A DNA stretch of 64,000 bases. It comes from an uncultured Lachnospiraceae bacterium. GTDB lineage: Bacteria; Bacillota; Clostridia; Lachnospirales; Lachnospiraceae. The DNA is taken from positions 12,112 to 76,111 of the forward strand of contig CAJUJY010000004.1 of the NCBI GenBank assembly GCA_910586555.1. Direction: 5' to 3'. How positions within the stretch are numbered: the first letter of the stretch is position 1; each line of letters opens with the position of its first letter. Below the pieces are notes generated by a model. The model worked only from the letters and a program-made list of their open reading frames with translations. It searched no databases and was not told the origin of the DNA. Positions 26,239 to 36,754 of the stretch are shown piece after piece. The position numbers and the translations under genes were made by a program.

Positions 26239-27210
26239 TTAACCTCCAGACATAATCTTACACAGCTCTTCAAGCTGCTTGTATGTTTCAATTTTATTTG
26301 CCATGCGCCTTAACTGTGATGAATTTCTATAGCCTGTGGTATACCATGCTATATGTTTGCGCATTTCCCTTATTCCCGTTAATTCACCTTTAAATTCTTT
26401 AAGCATCCTGCCATGTCTTAATACCATATCTGCCACTTCTTTTATTCCAGGCTTTTCTAGTAATTCCCCTGTTTCCATAAATGTTTTTATCTGTACAAAA
26501 ATCCAGGGGTTTCCTCTTGCCCCGCGGGCTAGCATAAGTGCGTCACAATTTGTTTCTTCCATGCATCTTAGTGCGTCTTTGGGGCTAAATATATCACCAC
26601 TTGCTATTACAGGAATTTTTACTGCTTCTTTCACTTTCCTTATAATATCCCAGTCTGCTTTTCCTCCATAATACTGTTGTCTTGTCCTGCCATGCACTGC
26701 TATTGCTTTTGCACCATTTTCTTCTGCCATTATAGCAAATTCCACGGCATTAGTGCTGCTGTCATCAAATCCCTTGCGTATCTTTACTGTAACTGGTTTT
26801 CCTGCTGCACCTGAAACAGCTTTTATTATTTTGCCTGCAAGCTTTTGGTTCTTCATAAGCGCAGAACCTTCACCATTATTTACTATTTTGGGGACAGGAC
26901 AGCCCATGTTAATATCCAGTATATCAAAGTCTTTGTCCTTAATTCTTTCTGCAATTAGTGCCATAAGTTCTGGTTCACTGCCAAAAAGCTGTACTGCTAC
27001 AGGGTGTTCAGATTTACTTGTTTCCAAGAGAGAGGCAGTATTTTTATTATTATAATAAATTCCCTTGGCACTTATCATTTCTGTATATACCAGATTTGCG
27101 CCCTGCTCCTTGCATAAAATACGGAATGGCAGGTCAGTTACCCCTGCCATCGGCCCTAGTACTAAATTACCATTTATCCTTACATTACCTATATTAAATC
27201 CCTGCATCAT
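26239..27210 (-). CDS. dusB: tRNA-dihydrouridine synthase
   Basis: LGPMAGVTDLPFR, the NMGCP catalytic Cys region and a TIM-barrel Dus pattern. Confidence 0.9.
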   Translation of the reverse strand: MMQGFNIGNVRINGNLVLGPMAGVTDLPFRILCKEQGANLVYTEMISAKGIYYNNKNTASLLETSKSEHPVAVQLFGSEPELMALIAERIKDKDFDILDINMGCPVPKIVNNGEGSALMKNQKLAGKIIKAVSGAAGKPVTVKIRKGFDDSSTNAVEFAIMAEENGAKAIAVHGRTRQQYYGGKADWDIIRKVKEAVKIPVIASGDIFSPKDALRCMEETNCDALMLARGARGNPWIFVQIKTFMETGELLEKPGIKEVADMVLRHGRMLKEFKGELTGIREMRKHIAWYTTGYRNSSQLRRMANKIETYKQLEELCKIMSGG

Positions 27211-27295
27211 TCTTTCCTTTTACCATGTATATGTACCATTACAATTAATATAAGTTACTGGCAGATAAAAACTTTTATAATTACCAGAAGTTTTA

Positions 27296-28066
27296 TTACT
27301 TTTTCTGCTTGCTGTATATAAGCTGTAACCCTTTTAATGTAAGGTCTGCATCATATATATCTATTTCTTCTGTGCTCTCTGATATTATTTTGCCAAGGCC
27401 GCCTGTTGCTACTACACGCGCTTCTTTTATGCCTGCTTCTTCTTTTATCCGCCTTATTATATATTCAGTCTGCCCTATTGTACCATAAAACAGCCCTGCC
27501 TGCATTGAAGATATTGTTTCTTTAGCAATTATGCTGCCAGGACATTTTATCTCTATTTCTGGAAGGTTTGCTGTATTATTACATAGTGCGTCGGCAGATA
27601 TCCTTATGCCAGGGCTTATAACACCGCCCTGGAATGCGCCGTCTTTTGTTACATAGTCATATGTAGTTGCAGTGCCATAGTCTACTACTATTATAGGTCC
27701 TCCATACTGGCCGTATGCGCCTACTGCATCTACAATACGGTCTGCGCCTATTTGTTTAGGATCTGTAGTATCTATCCTTATGCCTGTTTTAATGCCTGCA
27801 CCTACTATAATAGGCTGGCAGCCAAGGTATTTTATTATGCCGCTTGTAAATGAATACATCATTTTTGGTACAACTGATGCAATAATTACCTCTGTAATAT
27901 CCAAAGGTTTATAACCTTTCTGTTCAAGGATATTGCAGAGAAGTTCCCCGTATTCATCTGAAGTCCTTGGCACTTTTACGGTAAAACGGAACCTTGCTGC
28001 AAGAGTGCTTCCACAAAAAACTCCAAATGTAATATCAGTATTTCCCACATCAACTGCTAATAACAT
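27296..28066 (-). CDS. coaX: Type III pantothenate kinase
   Basis: [17 protein letters not shown] and the ...GADR.. and ATGG motifs typical of CoaX. Confidence 0.9.
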   Translation of the reverse strand: MLLAVDVGNTDITFGVFCGSTLAARFRFTVKVPRTSDEYGELLCNILEQKGYKPLDITEVIIASVVPKMMYSFTSGIIKYLGCQPIIVGAGIKTGIRIDTTDPKQIGADRIVDAVGAYGQYGGPIIVVDYGTATTYDYVTKDGAFQGGVISPGIRISADALCNNTANLPEIEIKCPGSIIAKETISSMQAGLFYGTIGQTEYIIRRIKEEAGIKEARVVATGGLGKIISESTEEIDIYDADLTLKGLQLIYSKQKK

Positions 28067-28092
28067 GTTTTTATCCTCATCTTTCTACCCTT

Positions 28093-28464
28093 TTAATCCA
28101 TTAAAGAAGTACTTGCTGTAACCTGGTGTTTAAGGAATTTTACACGGTAATACAGTTCAAGTGCTTCTAATAACTCCCTTTTTGCAGACTGTATCTGTTT
28201 AATTTTAAGCACACTGCCTATTTCATCAAATAAAAAATCATCTTCTGATGAAGTTACATTAATAAAAAGGCTTCCGCTTTTATCAAACTGTAATGTAAGT
28301 ATACCGCCTACATCAGCAGTATACAATACACACATAATTTGCAGTTCCTCTTTTACAGCTTCTGGAAGGCCTGCAAAATCCTGGTTAAAATAATATTTTT
28401 CTTCATATGCACTTGATGCGCAGAGTACTACCATACCATCTGGATTATTACCAGGCATAACCAT
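28093..28464 (-). CDS. Hypothetical protein between birA and coaX
   Basis: An ORF of ~123 aa overlapping the birA stop by a few nt. I recognise no motif. The start is uncertain (M13 or M15 of the track ORF). Confidence 0.5.
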   Translation of the reverse strand: MVMPGNNPDGMVVLCASSAYEEKYYFNQDFAGLPEAVKEELQIMCVLYTADVGGILTLQFDKSGSLFINVTSSEDDFLFDEIGSVLKIKQIQSAKRELLEALELYYRVKFLKHQVTASTSLMD

Positions 28465-29446
28465 ATAACCCCCTGACTGAAACTTCACCTGACAATACAT
28501 GCCTTGTCCCGCTTTTAGTATCTACTATTAATGCACCATTTTTATCAATGCCCCTTGCAATGCCTGTTTCTGTCTTTTTGGCATTTTCTGCCATTCCATA
28601 AAGAATTTTAACTTCCTTATCCCTGTTTGCAAGTGCATTGTTATATTCATTTGTAAAAGGCTCTATGCTTTTTGCTTTCTCAAATTTTTTGTAATACCTT
28701 CCAAAATAGTCTATAGTACAGGCAGCAAGCTGTGCCCTGTCTGTCTTTTTTCTTGTCTGTATAAACAGGGATGTTGCAGTTTCCTCTATTTCTTCCGGAA
28801 AATATTTATTATTGGCATTAATCCCTATACCAGTAACTACATAATTTATAAAATCCATCTCTGAACTCATTTCTGTAAGTATTCCACAAATCTTTTTGCC
28901 TCCAAGCACAATGTCATTAGGCCACTTTATAAGGGGACTTGCATTGCATGTTTCTTTAATTGCCCCTACAAGCGCAAGTGCAGTTACTAATGTTATGCCT
29001 GGTACATATACAGGGCTTATATCCGGCCTTAAAACCATAGACATATAAATTCCTGCACCTGGTTCTGATTCCCAGTGCCTGCCCATCCTTCCTTTGCCTG
29101 CTGTCTGTTTTTCCGCTATTATAATTGTTCCTTCTTCTTCACCAAATTCAGCAAGCTGTTTTGCGCGTATATTTGTTGAATCTGTAACTTCAAGGCTTTC
29201 TATTTTCTTACATATTGTACCAGAAGAAAGCCTGCTGCCAATATTGTATGAATACATTTTATCTGGTGATGACACCAGCCTGTACCCTTTGTTTGGTACA
29301 GAATCTATTACAAAACCACAGTCCTTAAGCTGTGCAATATTTTTCCAGACTGCCTGTCTTGTAACCCCTGCCTTTTCACATAATGCCTGCCCTGAAACAA
29401 AACTGTCCCCGGCCTGCCTTAATGCCCTTAATATTCCACTTTTCAT
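28448..29446 (-). CDS. birA: Bifunctional biotin-[acetyl-CoA-carboxylase] ligase / biotin operon repressor
   Basis: N-terminal wHTH, the GRGRxGR-type loop (QTAGKGRMGRHW) and a C-terminal SH3-like domain. Confidence 0.9.
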   Translation of the reverse strand: MKSGILRALRQAGDSFVSGQALCEKAGVTRQAVWKNIAQLKDCGFVIDSVPNKGYRLVSSPDKMYSYNIGSRLSSGTICKKIESLEVTDSTNIRAKQLAEFGEEEGTIIIAEKQTAGKGRMGRHWESEPGAGIYMSMVLRPDISPVYVPGITLVTALALVGAIKETCNASPLIKWPNDIVLGGKKICGILTEMSSEMDFINYVVTGIGINANNKYFPEEIEETATSLFIQTRKKTDRAQLAACTIDYFGRYYKKFEKAKSIEPFTNEYNNALANRDKEVKILYGMAENAKKTETGIARGIDKNGALIVDTKSGTRHVLSGEVSVRGLYGYAW

Positions 29447-29464
29447 AATCCGCCCTGTAAGCTT

Positions 29465-30460
29465 TTACTCCCCAAGAGTTGACATCATAACCGCTTTAAT
29501 TGTATGCATGCGGTTTTCTGCCTCATCAAATACAACTGACTGGGGGCTTTCAAATACTTCATCTGTTACTTCAAGCTCCTCTATGCCAAATTTTTCATAT
29601 ACTTGCATGCCAATCTTTGTTTTAAAGTTATGGAAGGCAGGCAGGCAGTGCATAAATATAGCATTATCTTTTGCATTATCCATTACTTTTTTATTGACCT
29701 GGTAAGGCAGAAGCTTCTCTATACGTTCTGCCCACACTTCATCTGGTTCACCCATTGAAACCCATACATCTGTATAAATTACATCTGCATCTTTAGTCCC
29801 GCTTTTTACATCTTCTGTAAGGGTAATAGAACCTTCTGATTCCTTTGCGTATCCATTACAAAGTTCTACAAGGCCTGCATCTGGGAAATAATCCTTTGAT
29901 GTGCATGCTGTAAATTCCATTCCCATTTTAGAGCATAGAACCATAAGCGAATTGCCCATATTATAACGTGCATCACCCATATAAGTTAATTTCACACCTT
30001 TTACCCTGCCAAGGTATTCATATATTGTAAGCAGGTCTGCAAGCATCTGTGTAGGGTGGAACTCATTGGTAAGCCCGTTCCACACAGGCACACCTGCATA
30101 TTTTGCAAGTTCTTCTACTATTTCCTGGCCATACCCGCGGTATTCAATCCCGTCATACATACTCCCAAGAACCCTTGCAGTATCTGCAATGCTTTCTTTA
30201 TTGCCAATCTGTGAACCAAGGGAATCAAGGTATGTTACACCCATTCCCATATCATGCGCTGCCACTTCAAATGAGCAGCGTGTACGTGTACTTGTCTTTT
30301 CAAATACCAGGGCAATATTTTTACCCTGGTAATGGTTTACTGGTATTTTCTTTTTCTTTTTATCCTTAACATCTGCTGCAAGTGTTACAAGATATTCTAT
30401 CTCATCAGGTGTAAAATCCTTTAATGTTAAGAAATTACGCCCCTTTAAATTAATATCCAT
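29465..30460 (-). CDS. argF: Ornithine carbamoyltransferase
   Basis: STRTR, HPTQ and HCLP motifs. Start placed at [10 protein letters not shown], 8 nt after AAGGTGG. Confidence 0.9.
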   Translation of the reverse strand: MDINLKGRNFLTLKDFTPDEIEYLVTLAADVKDKKKKKIPVNHYQGKNIALVFEKTSTRTRCSFEVAAHDMGMGVTYLDSLGSQIGNKESIADTARVLGSMYDGIEYRGYGQEIVEELAKYAGVPVWNGLTNEFHPTQMLADLLTIYEYLGRVKGVKLTYMGDARYNMGNSLMVLCSKMGMEFTACTSKDYFPDAGLVELCNGYAKESEGSITLTEDVKSGTKDADVIYTDVWVSMGEPDEVWAERIEKLLPYQVNKKVMDNAKDNAIFMHCLPAFHNFKTKIGMQVYEKFGIEELEVTDEVFESPQSVVFDEAENRMHTIKAVMMSTLGE

Positions 30461-30487
30461 TGTATATTCCACCTTTCATATGTTATT

Positions 30488-31405
30488 CTATTCTTTTGAT
30501 AATTCTACTGCGGATTTAACAAGCCCTGCCATACCCTGTATTTCAGATGGTATAATAATCTTTGTGGCTTTTCCGTCTGCTGCCTTTGCAAATGCTTCAA
30601 GGCTTTTAAGTTTAATAACGTTCTGTGAAGCTGTAGCAGATGCTTCATTAAGCATACGTATACCGTCTGCATTGGCCTGCTGTACGGCACGTATTGCCTG
30701 TGCCTGGCCTTCTGCCTCACGTATTGTAGCCTCTTTCTTTGCTTCTGCCCTAAGGATTGCTGCCTGTTTCTCTGCTTCTGCATCAAGTATTGCTGCTGCT
30801 TTTTTTCCTTCTGCTACAAGTATTGCAGACTCCTTATCCCCTTGTGAACGCAGTATTGCTTCCCTCTTTTCACGTTCTGCCTTCATCTGCTTCTCCATAG
30901 CGTCCTGTATTGCTGCCGGCGGGATAATGTTTTTAAGCTCTACCCTGTTTACCTTAATGCCCCATGGGTCTGTTGCACTGTCAAGTGATGCCCTCATCTT
31001 GGCATTTATAATTTCACGTGATGTAAGTGTTTCATCAAGTTCAAGTTCACCTATTATATTACGCAGGGTTGTTGCCGTAAGGTTTTCTATAGCCATAATA
31101 GGATTTTCAACACCATAAGTATAAAGCTTTGCATCAGTAATCTGGTAAAATATTACAGTATCAATGCGCATTGTAACATTATCCTTTGTAATAACGGGCT
31201 GTGGGGGAAAGTCTGCTACCTGCTCTTTTAAGTCTACCTTTCTTGCAACCCGGTCTATAAATGGCACTTTAAAATGTATGCCAACTTCCCATGTTGTCTG
31301 GTAACCGCCAAGCCTTTCCATAACATATGCCCTTGCCTGTGGCACTACTTTTATGCACGATACAAGTACCACTGCTACAATAGCCAGTAAAATTAAAACT
31401 GCCAT
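30488..31405 (-). CDS. SPFH/Band-7 (stomatin-like) membrane protein
   Basis: N-terminal TM, an SPFH core and an A/E/K-rich coiled-coil tail. ATG at 31405 after GAAGGAGG. It is paired with the NfeD gene upstream. Confidence 0.85.
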   Translation of the reverse strand: MAVLILLAIVAVVLVSCIKVVPQARAYVMERLGGYQTTWEVGIHFKVPFIDRVARKVDLKEQVADFPPQPVITKDNVTMRIDTVIFYQITDAKLYTYGVENPIMAIENLTATTLRNIIGELELDETLTSREIINAKMRASLDSATDPWGIKVNRVELKNIIPPAAIQDAMEKQMKAEREKREAILRSQGDKESAILVAEGKKAAAILDAEAEKQAAILRAEAKKEATIREAEGQAQAIRAVQQANADGIRMLNEASATASQNVIKLKSLEAFAKAADGKATKIIIPSEIQGMAGLVKSAVELSKE

Positions 31406-31438
31406 CTGTCCTCCTTCTGGCACTTTATGCCATAAAAC

Positions 31439-31876
31439 TTATTTGTCTTTAAGCGGGGTTACAAATACTTTTACCCCTTTAACTTCATTAATGGTTACTC
31501 TTGAACCTTCAGGTATAATTAAGCCATCTTCGCTGCTGCGTGCAGTCCATTCAAGCCCGTTTACTACAACTGTCCCTTTCTGGTTAAAATTATCTATTGT
31601 TTCTGTAACCTTGCCTTCCTTTCCTGCCATGCCGTTTACATTGGTCTTTGTTCTGCTTTCATTAAGCTTCTTTTCTATAACAGGACGCGTAAATATTAAC
31701 AGGAGTATTGATACTACAAGGAAAACTGCAATCTGTACAGGCCATGGTACGCCAAACAGTGAAAGTATAAATGCAACTAATGCACCACCTGCAAACCAGA
31801 TTGTTGTAAGCCCTAACGTAATAATTTCAATTACTAGTAAAACAGCTAATGCCACAAGCCAGTAAAAAGGTATCAT
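31439..31876 (-). CDS. NfeD-family membrane protein
   Basis: 145 aa with an N-terminal TM bundle plus a C-terminal OB-like domain. This is the classic NfeD-SPFH gene pair. Confidence 0.8.
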   Translation of the reverse strand: MIPFYWLVALAVLLVIEIITLGLTTIWFAGGALVAFILSLFGVPWPVQIAVFLVVSILLLIFTRPVIEKKLNESRTKTNVNGMAGKEGKVTETIDNFNQKGTVVVNGLEWTARSSEDGLIIPEGSRVTINEVKGVKVFVTPLKDK

Positions 31877-31930
31877 AACAATCCCCTCCTCCCTTATATA
31901 ATACTATGCCCTGGTTTATATTATTTTATA

Positions 31931-32749
31931 TTATTTATTATAATTGTGCAAGGAAATATTAATACAGCCTCTTTTCTGCCTTGCTGCCTCATACATTATT
32001 ACTGCTGCTGCTACTGCTGCATTTAATGACTCAAGCTTCCCTTCCATTGGTATATGTATTTTTTCTGTTACATATCCAAGAACCCGGCCTGATATGCCAT
32101 TTGCTTCATTGCCTATTACAATCCCTGCTCCTTTTGTATAATCTGCCTGGTCGTAGGCCTTGCTTCCTTCCATGGCAGCCCCATATATATTAAAGCCTTT
32201 ATTCTTTATTATTTTTATGGTTTCTGTAATGTCATCTGTATATATAAATGGCATCCGGAATATTGCCCCCATTGTGGAACGCACAGTTTTAGGGTTAAAT
32301 AAATCAGCAGTCCCCTTTCCCATTATTACAGCAGACATTCCCGCACCTTCAGCAGTACGCATTATTGTACCAAGGTTGCCTGGATCCTGTATATTGTCAA
32401 GCAAAAGCCACATATGTTTCTTGCAGTTTAATATATCTGTAATATTATAAGAAGGCTGTTTTATAATTCCAAGTACGCCCTGTGTGGTAACCGTATCTGA
32501 TAACTGTTTAAATATATTATCTGTAACAGTTTCAAAGGAACAGGACATGCAAAGTTTTTCTAATCTTTCATTATCTTTACCTGCCACTGTCCCTGATATA
32601 TATAATTTTACAAGGCAGCCGTTTTCTGCTGCCTCTGTAAGCATTTTTAAGCCTTCTGCCACAAATAAGCCTGTACTGCGCCTGTATTTTGGCTGTTTCT
32701 GGAGCTTTAATATTTCTTTAACCTGCCTGTTTGATATGCTGTTAATCAT
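31931..32749 (-). CDS. TrmH/SpoU-family RNA 2'-O-methyltransferase
   Basis: LLDNIQDPGNLGTIMRTAEGAG and GNEANGIS...IPMEGKLESLNAAVAAAV are SPOUT motifs. Confidence 0.85.
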   Translation of the reverse strand: MINSISNRQVKEILKLQKQPKYRRSTGLFVAEGLKMLTEAAENGCLVKLYISGTVAGKDNERLEKLCMSCSFETVTDNIFKQLSDTVTTQGVLGIIKQPSYNITDILNCKKHMWLLLDNIQDPGNLGTIMRTAEGAGMSAVIMGKGTADLFNPKTVRSTMGAIFRMPFIYTDDITETIKIIKNKGFNIYGAAMEGSKAYDQADYTKGAGIVIGNEANGISGRVLGYVTEKIHIPMEGKLESLNAAVAAAVIMYEAARQKRGCINISLHNYNK

Positions 32750-32877
32750 TTATTCCTGCTTCCTGTTAATGTTTTTACATTTCCATGTAAAATAATGATA
32801 TTCATCCCCTGCTTACATTTTGCCTGGAAAATGGGCATTCTGCCGGTAATCAAATAAAAACCTGGCAGAATTTTTGT

Positions 32878-34623
32878 TTATTTTAAGTGGAACTTTCCTA
32901 CAAGTTCTTTCATTATTGCTGCCTGCCTGCTTAATTCTTCACTTGATGCTGCACTTTGCTGGACTGTTGCGGAATTAGACTGTGTAGCAGAGGAAATATT
33001 TTCCATCTGTTTGTTAATATATCCTGAATCTGCTGCCTGTTTTTCTGAGTCTTCTGCAATTTCCATAACAAGTTTATGTATTTTCTTATTTTCCCCTAAT
33101 ATTTCTGATAATGCTTTTTCTGTATCTGCTGCAATCTGTGTCCCCCTGTCTACAGCTTTAATACAGTTTTCTACAAGTTTATGTGTAGTATTTGCGGAAT
33201 CCCCTGATTTCTGTGCAAGGTTCCTTACCTCAGATGCAACAACAGAAAACCCCTTTCCTGCTTCGCCTGCACGTTCTGCCTCTACAGAAGCATTAAGTGA
33301 AAGCAAGTTTGTCTGGAAAGAAATATCATCAATGGTTTTAATAATCTTTTCAATATCATGTGATGCTTCTGATATGCTTTTTATGGCTTCTGTAAGTTTC
33401 TCCATCATTTTTACGCCATTTTCTGTATGTATGCCTGACTGCATAGCAAATTCCTTTGCATCGCCTGCATTTTGTGAATTGCGTAATGCATTGCCAGAAA
33501 TATCCTTCATAAGATTTGAAACATCTTGTATGCTTTCTGCCTGCTGCATTGTTGACTGTGCAAGCTGTTGTGACATATTTGCCATCTGCCCTGAGCTAAA
33601 AGCAACATGCCCTGCTGCATCATCAATTTTTGATAATGTATAATTCATTGAACTAACAATTTGTTTAAGGGAATTATATATTTTTATAAATTCCCCTTCA
33701 TAGCTTACTTCTGCATGTATTTCAAAATTTCCATCTGCCATTTCACTGATAAGCCTTGATATATCATTTATATATGATTTTAGTATGTCCTGTGCCTGGT
33801 TTAATGTTTCTGCTGTCTGGCCAAACTCATTTTTTGACTTTATTTCTACTGGCTTTGAAAAATCACATTTTGACAGGCGCATGGCAAGGTCACGTATATT
33901 ACGCAGTGGCACTGTAAATTTCCTTGCATATATAACAGAAATAATAACAGAAACAACAATCATTATAAAAACACAAAGGTTTGTCATCTGTAACTGCCAT
34001 CGGAGCTCTTTATCTATCTGTTTTTCACGCCCTTCGTAAACACTTTCTATTTCATCAATATAATTCCCTGTGCTTACAATCCAGCCCCACGGCTTAAAAA
34101 GCATGGAATATGCCCTTTTAGGTGCAACTGTAGTACCATCAGACTTTGTATAATAAAACTCATTAAAACCGCCTTCTTCTGATGACTGTACTGTTTCCAT
34201 TATTTCCTGGATAATCTTTACACCATTCTGGTCTTCAAGATTATAACGGTTATCACCTTCCTGTTCTTCAAGAATTGGGTGCGCAACTAATATATAGTCT
34301 GTATTGTCAATCCAGAAATATCCGCTTCCATTATCACCATAACGCAGTGTTTTTATATAATCTGCTGCCTCCCTTTGTGCAGCTTCTTCTGTAAGTTTCC
34401 CTGCCTCCTGCCTTTGGTATATTCCCTGTAACAGCGTTATAACGCTTTGTACCTGGTACTTTACAGCATTATCATAACCTTCATGCAGTGTTTCTTTATA
34501 AACATTAAGGGATTCTGTTATCTGGTTTAACATGTTGTCCCTTGCAGTAAAACCAATTACTGCTGCAACAGCAATTACAATAAATATATTTACACTAAGT
34601 AATAATGTTTTTACACTTTTCAT
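32878..34623 (-). CDS. Methyl-accepting chemotaxis protein with a Cache-type sensor domain
   Basis: TM, periplasmic Cache-like region (GSGYFWI..), TM, HAMP, then an MCP signalling domain ([34 protein letters not shown]). Start at MKSVKTLL. Confidence 0.9.
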   Translation of the reverse strand: MKSVKTLLLSVNIFIVIAVAAVIGFTARDNMLNQITESLNVYKETLHEGYDNAVKYQVQSVITLLQGIYQRQEAGKLTEEAAQREAADYIKTLRYGDNGSGYFWIDNTDYILVAHPILEEQEGDNRYNLEDQNGVKIIQEIMETVQSSEEGGFNEFYYTKSDGTTVAPKRAYSMLFKPWGWIVSTGNYIDEIESVYEGREKQIDKELRWQLQMTNLCVFIMIVVSVIISVIYARKFTVPLRNIRDLAMRLSKCDFSKPVEIKSKNEFGQTAETLNQAQDILKSYINDISRLISEMADGNFEIHAEVSYEGEFIKIYNSLKQIVSSMNYTLSKIDDAAGHVAFSSGQMANMSQQLAQSTMQQAESIQDVSNLMKDISGNALRNSQNAGDAKEFAMQSGIHTENGVKMMEKLTEAIKSISEASHDIEKIIKTIDDISFQTNLLSLNASVEAERAGEAGKGFSVVASEVRNLAQKSGDSANTTHKLVENCIKAVDRGTQIAADTEKALSEILGENKKIHKLVMEIAEDSEKQAADSGYINKQMENISSATQSNSATVQQSAASSEELSRQAAIMKELVGKFHLK

Positions 34624-34754
34624 AAATTTCACCAGGCACAAAAACCCACTGCCCTGGGTGGTGGAAAGAGTGCCGTTCTCCTTTCTGTCTTAGCATATAT
34701 TATTGCCAATGTAAAATTTTAAACGCATAAAACCGGTTGCATGGTATGGAAAGA

Positions 34755-35831
34755 CTATACACTTTCATTCATTTTTGCAAGCCTTGCTGCCTGGTCTGCT
34801 GCTATTATATTATCAAGTACTTCATTTATATCACCATTTAATATCTCGTTAAGCCTGTGGCTTGTGTATTTTATACGGTGGTCTGTAACACGCCCCTGTG
34901 GGAAGTTATATGTTCTTATTTTCTCCGAACGGTCACCTGTACCAACCTGGCTTCTTCTTTCTGCTGCCTGTTCACTGTCTGCCTTTTCCTGTTCCATGTC
35001 ATATATTCTTGAACGCAGTACTTTCATTGCCTTGTCTTTATTTTTAAGCTGTGATTTCTCGTCCTGGCATGTTACTACTATCCCTGTAGGGATATGTGTA
35101 ATCCTTACGGCAGAGTCTGTTGTATTTACACACTGGCCGCCATTGCCAGAGGCACGGTAAACATCTATTTTACAATCATTGGGATCTATATGCACATCAA
35201 CTTCCTCTGCTTCTGGCATTATCGCAACTGTAGCTGTTGAAGTATGGATACGCCCGCCTGATTCTGTTGAAGGTATACGCTGTACACGGTGCACTCCGCT
35301 TTCATATTTAAGCTTTGAATATACACCTGTGCCAGTCACCATAAATACAATTTCCTTAAACCCGCCTATCCCGTTTTCATTGGCACTCATAACTTCAACT
35401 TTCCAGTGGTTATTTTCTGCAAACTTGGAATACATGCGGAATAAATCTGCTGCAAAAAGTGCTGCTTCATCACCACCTGCACCGCCACGTATTTCAACAA
35501 CAACATTTTTGCCATCATCAGGGTCTTTAGGAAGCATAAGCACCTTAAGTTCCTGTTCACATAAAGCCACTTTTTCCTTGCATGAATTAAGTTCCTCCTT
35601 GGCAAGTTCTTTAAGTTCCTCATCGCTTTCTTCATCAAGGATTGCAAGGCTGTCTTCTATGCCTTCTTTTGCTTCTTTATATTCTTTATATTTATCTGCA
35701 ATAGGTAACAGTTCACTCTGTTCCATCATAAGTTCCCTGTATTTGTTCTGGTCATTAATAATTCCAGGCTCTGTAAGCAGCATATTTACCTCTTCAAGCC
35801 TTCTTGCTAAATCTTCTAATTTATCAAACAT
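34755..35831 (-). CDS. prfA: Peptide chain release factor 1
   Basis: The GGQ motif ([16 protein letters not shown]) and the PxT-region are typical of RF1. Confidence 0.95.
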   Translation of the reverse strand: MFDKLEDLARRLEEVNMLLTEPGIINDQNKYRELMMEQSELLPIADKYKEYKEAKEGIEDSLAILDEESDEELKELAKEELNSCKEKVALCEQELKVLMLPKDPDDGKNVVVEIRGGAGGDEAALFAADLFRMYSKFAENNHWKVEVMSANENGIGGFKEIVFMVTGTGVYSKLKYESGVHRVQRIPSTESGGRIHTSTATVAIMPEAEEVDVHIDPNDCKIDVYRASGNGGQCVNTTDSAVRITHIPTGIVVTCQDEKSQLKNKDKAMKVLRSRIYDMEQEKADSEQAAERRSQVGTGDRSEKIRTYNFPQGRVTDHRIKYTSHRLNEILNGDINEVLDNIIAADQAARLAKMNESV

Positions 35832-35890
35832 ATCTTATTTCCTTTCATGCCTATAAAATTAACAACACATACCTTGCCAGTAATTCCTTT

Positions 35891-36730
35891 TTATGGCATT
35901 ACTGCCGCTACAACCCTGTTATTGCCACATAAATCCTTTTGTATGCAGACATCTTTATAACCACTCTCCTCAAATATACTTTTAACCCATTCCCCCTGGT
36001 CATGCCCTGTTTCAACAGCTATAATGCCCCCAGGTTCCAGGTGTTTTTTTGCCTGGCTTGTAATAATCCTGTAAAAGAAAAGCCCGTCTTTTCCACCGTC
36101 AAGTGCCATGCGCGGCTCATGTTCCCTTACTTCAGGCATAAGTGTATCTATAACACCAGTCCTTATATACGGCGGGTTTGAAACAATTACGCCATAATTT
36201 CCTGTTATATTTTCAAACATATCACCCTGGACAAACTTAATATTAACACCATTAAGCCTGGCGTTAAGCCTGGCAGTTTCCAGTGCTTTTACTGAATAAT
36301 CAGCCGCAGTACATAAAGCAGGGCTTCCAAGCTTTGCTAAAGATATGGCTATGCACCCTGAGCCTGTACACATATCAAGTATATGCCTGTCTTTTACAAA
36401 TGGAAGCACATATTCCACAAGTGTTTCTGTATCCTGCCTTGGCACAAGCACATCTTCTGAAACTTTAAATATAAGCCCCATAAATTCCTGGCTGCCAGTA
36501 ATATACTGTAATGGCATATGCGATGCCCTGGTATCTATAAGTTCCTGGTACTTTTTTACAGCCCATAAAGGTGCAGCATCATTTTTCTTAAGGAAATATT
36601 CTGCCCTGTCCATGCCTGTAACGTATTCAAGCAGATACCATGCATCTGTTCCAGAACAGTTTATTCCGGCCTGTTTTAATATTTCCCCGCCTTTATGTAA
36701 TATATCCTGGAAGCTTAATTTATCCTGCAT
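35891..36730 (-). CDS. prmC: Release factor glutamine N5-methyltransferase
   Basis: SAM motif DMCTGSGCI and NPPY (VSNPPYI), directly downstream of prfA. Confidence 0.9.
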   Translation of the reverse strand: MQDKLSFQDILHKGGEILKQAGINCSGTDAWYLLEYVTGMDRAEYFLKKNDAAPLWAVKKYQELIDTRASHMPLQYITGSQEFMGLIFKVSEDVLVPRQDTETLVEYVLPFVKDRHILDMCTGSGCIAISLAKLGSPALCTAADYSVKALETARLNARLNGVNIKFVQGDMFENITGNYGVIVSNPPYIRTGVIDTLMPEVREHEPRMALDGGKDGLFFYRIITSQAKKHLEPGGIIAVETGHDQGEWVKSIFEESGYKDVCIQKDLCGNNRVVAAVMP

Positions 36731-36754
36731 GGCTTTTTACCCTCCATATGCCTG

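Noticed and set aside
30480-31118. 212-aa plus-strand Ala/Ser-rich ORF
   Set aside because: It is antisense to the SPFH/Band-7 gene's A/E/K-rich coiled-coil region and is a low-complexity shadow ORF. The same reasoning applies to 35179-35856 (antisense prfA), 33011-33643 (antisense MCP), 37416-38045 and 36825-37214 (antisense DUF1385), 29094-29705 (antisense birA/argF) and 51233-51436 (poly-Pro antisense of the P/T linker).
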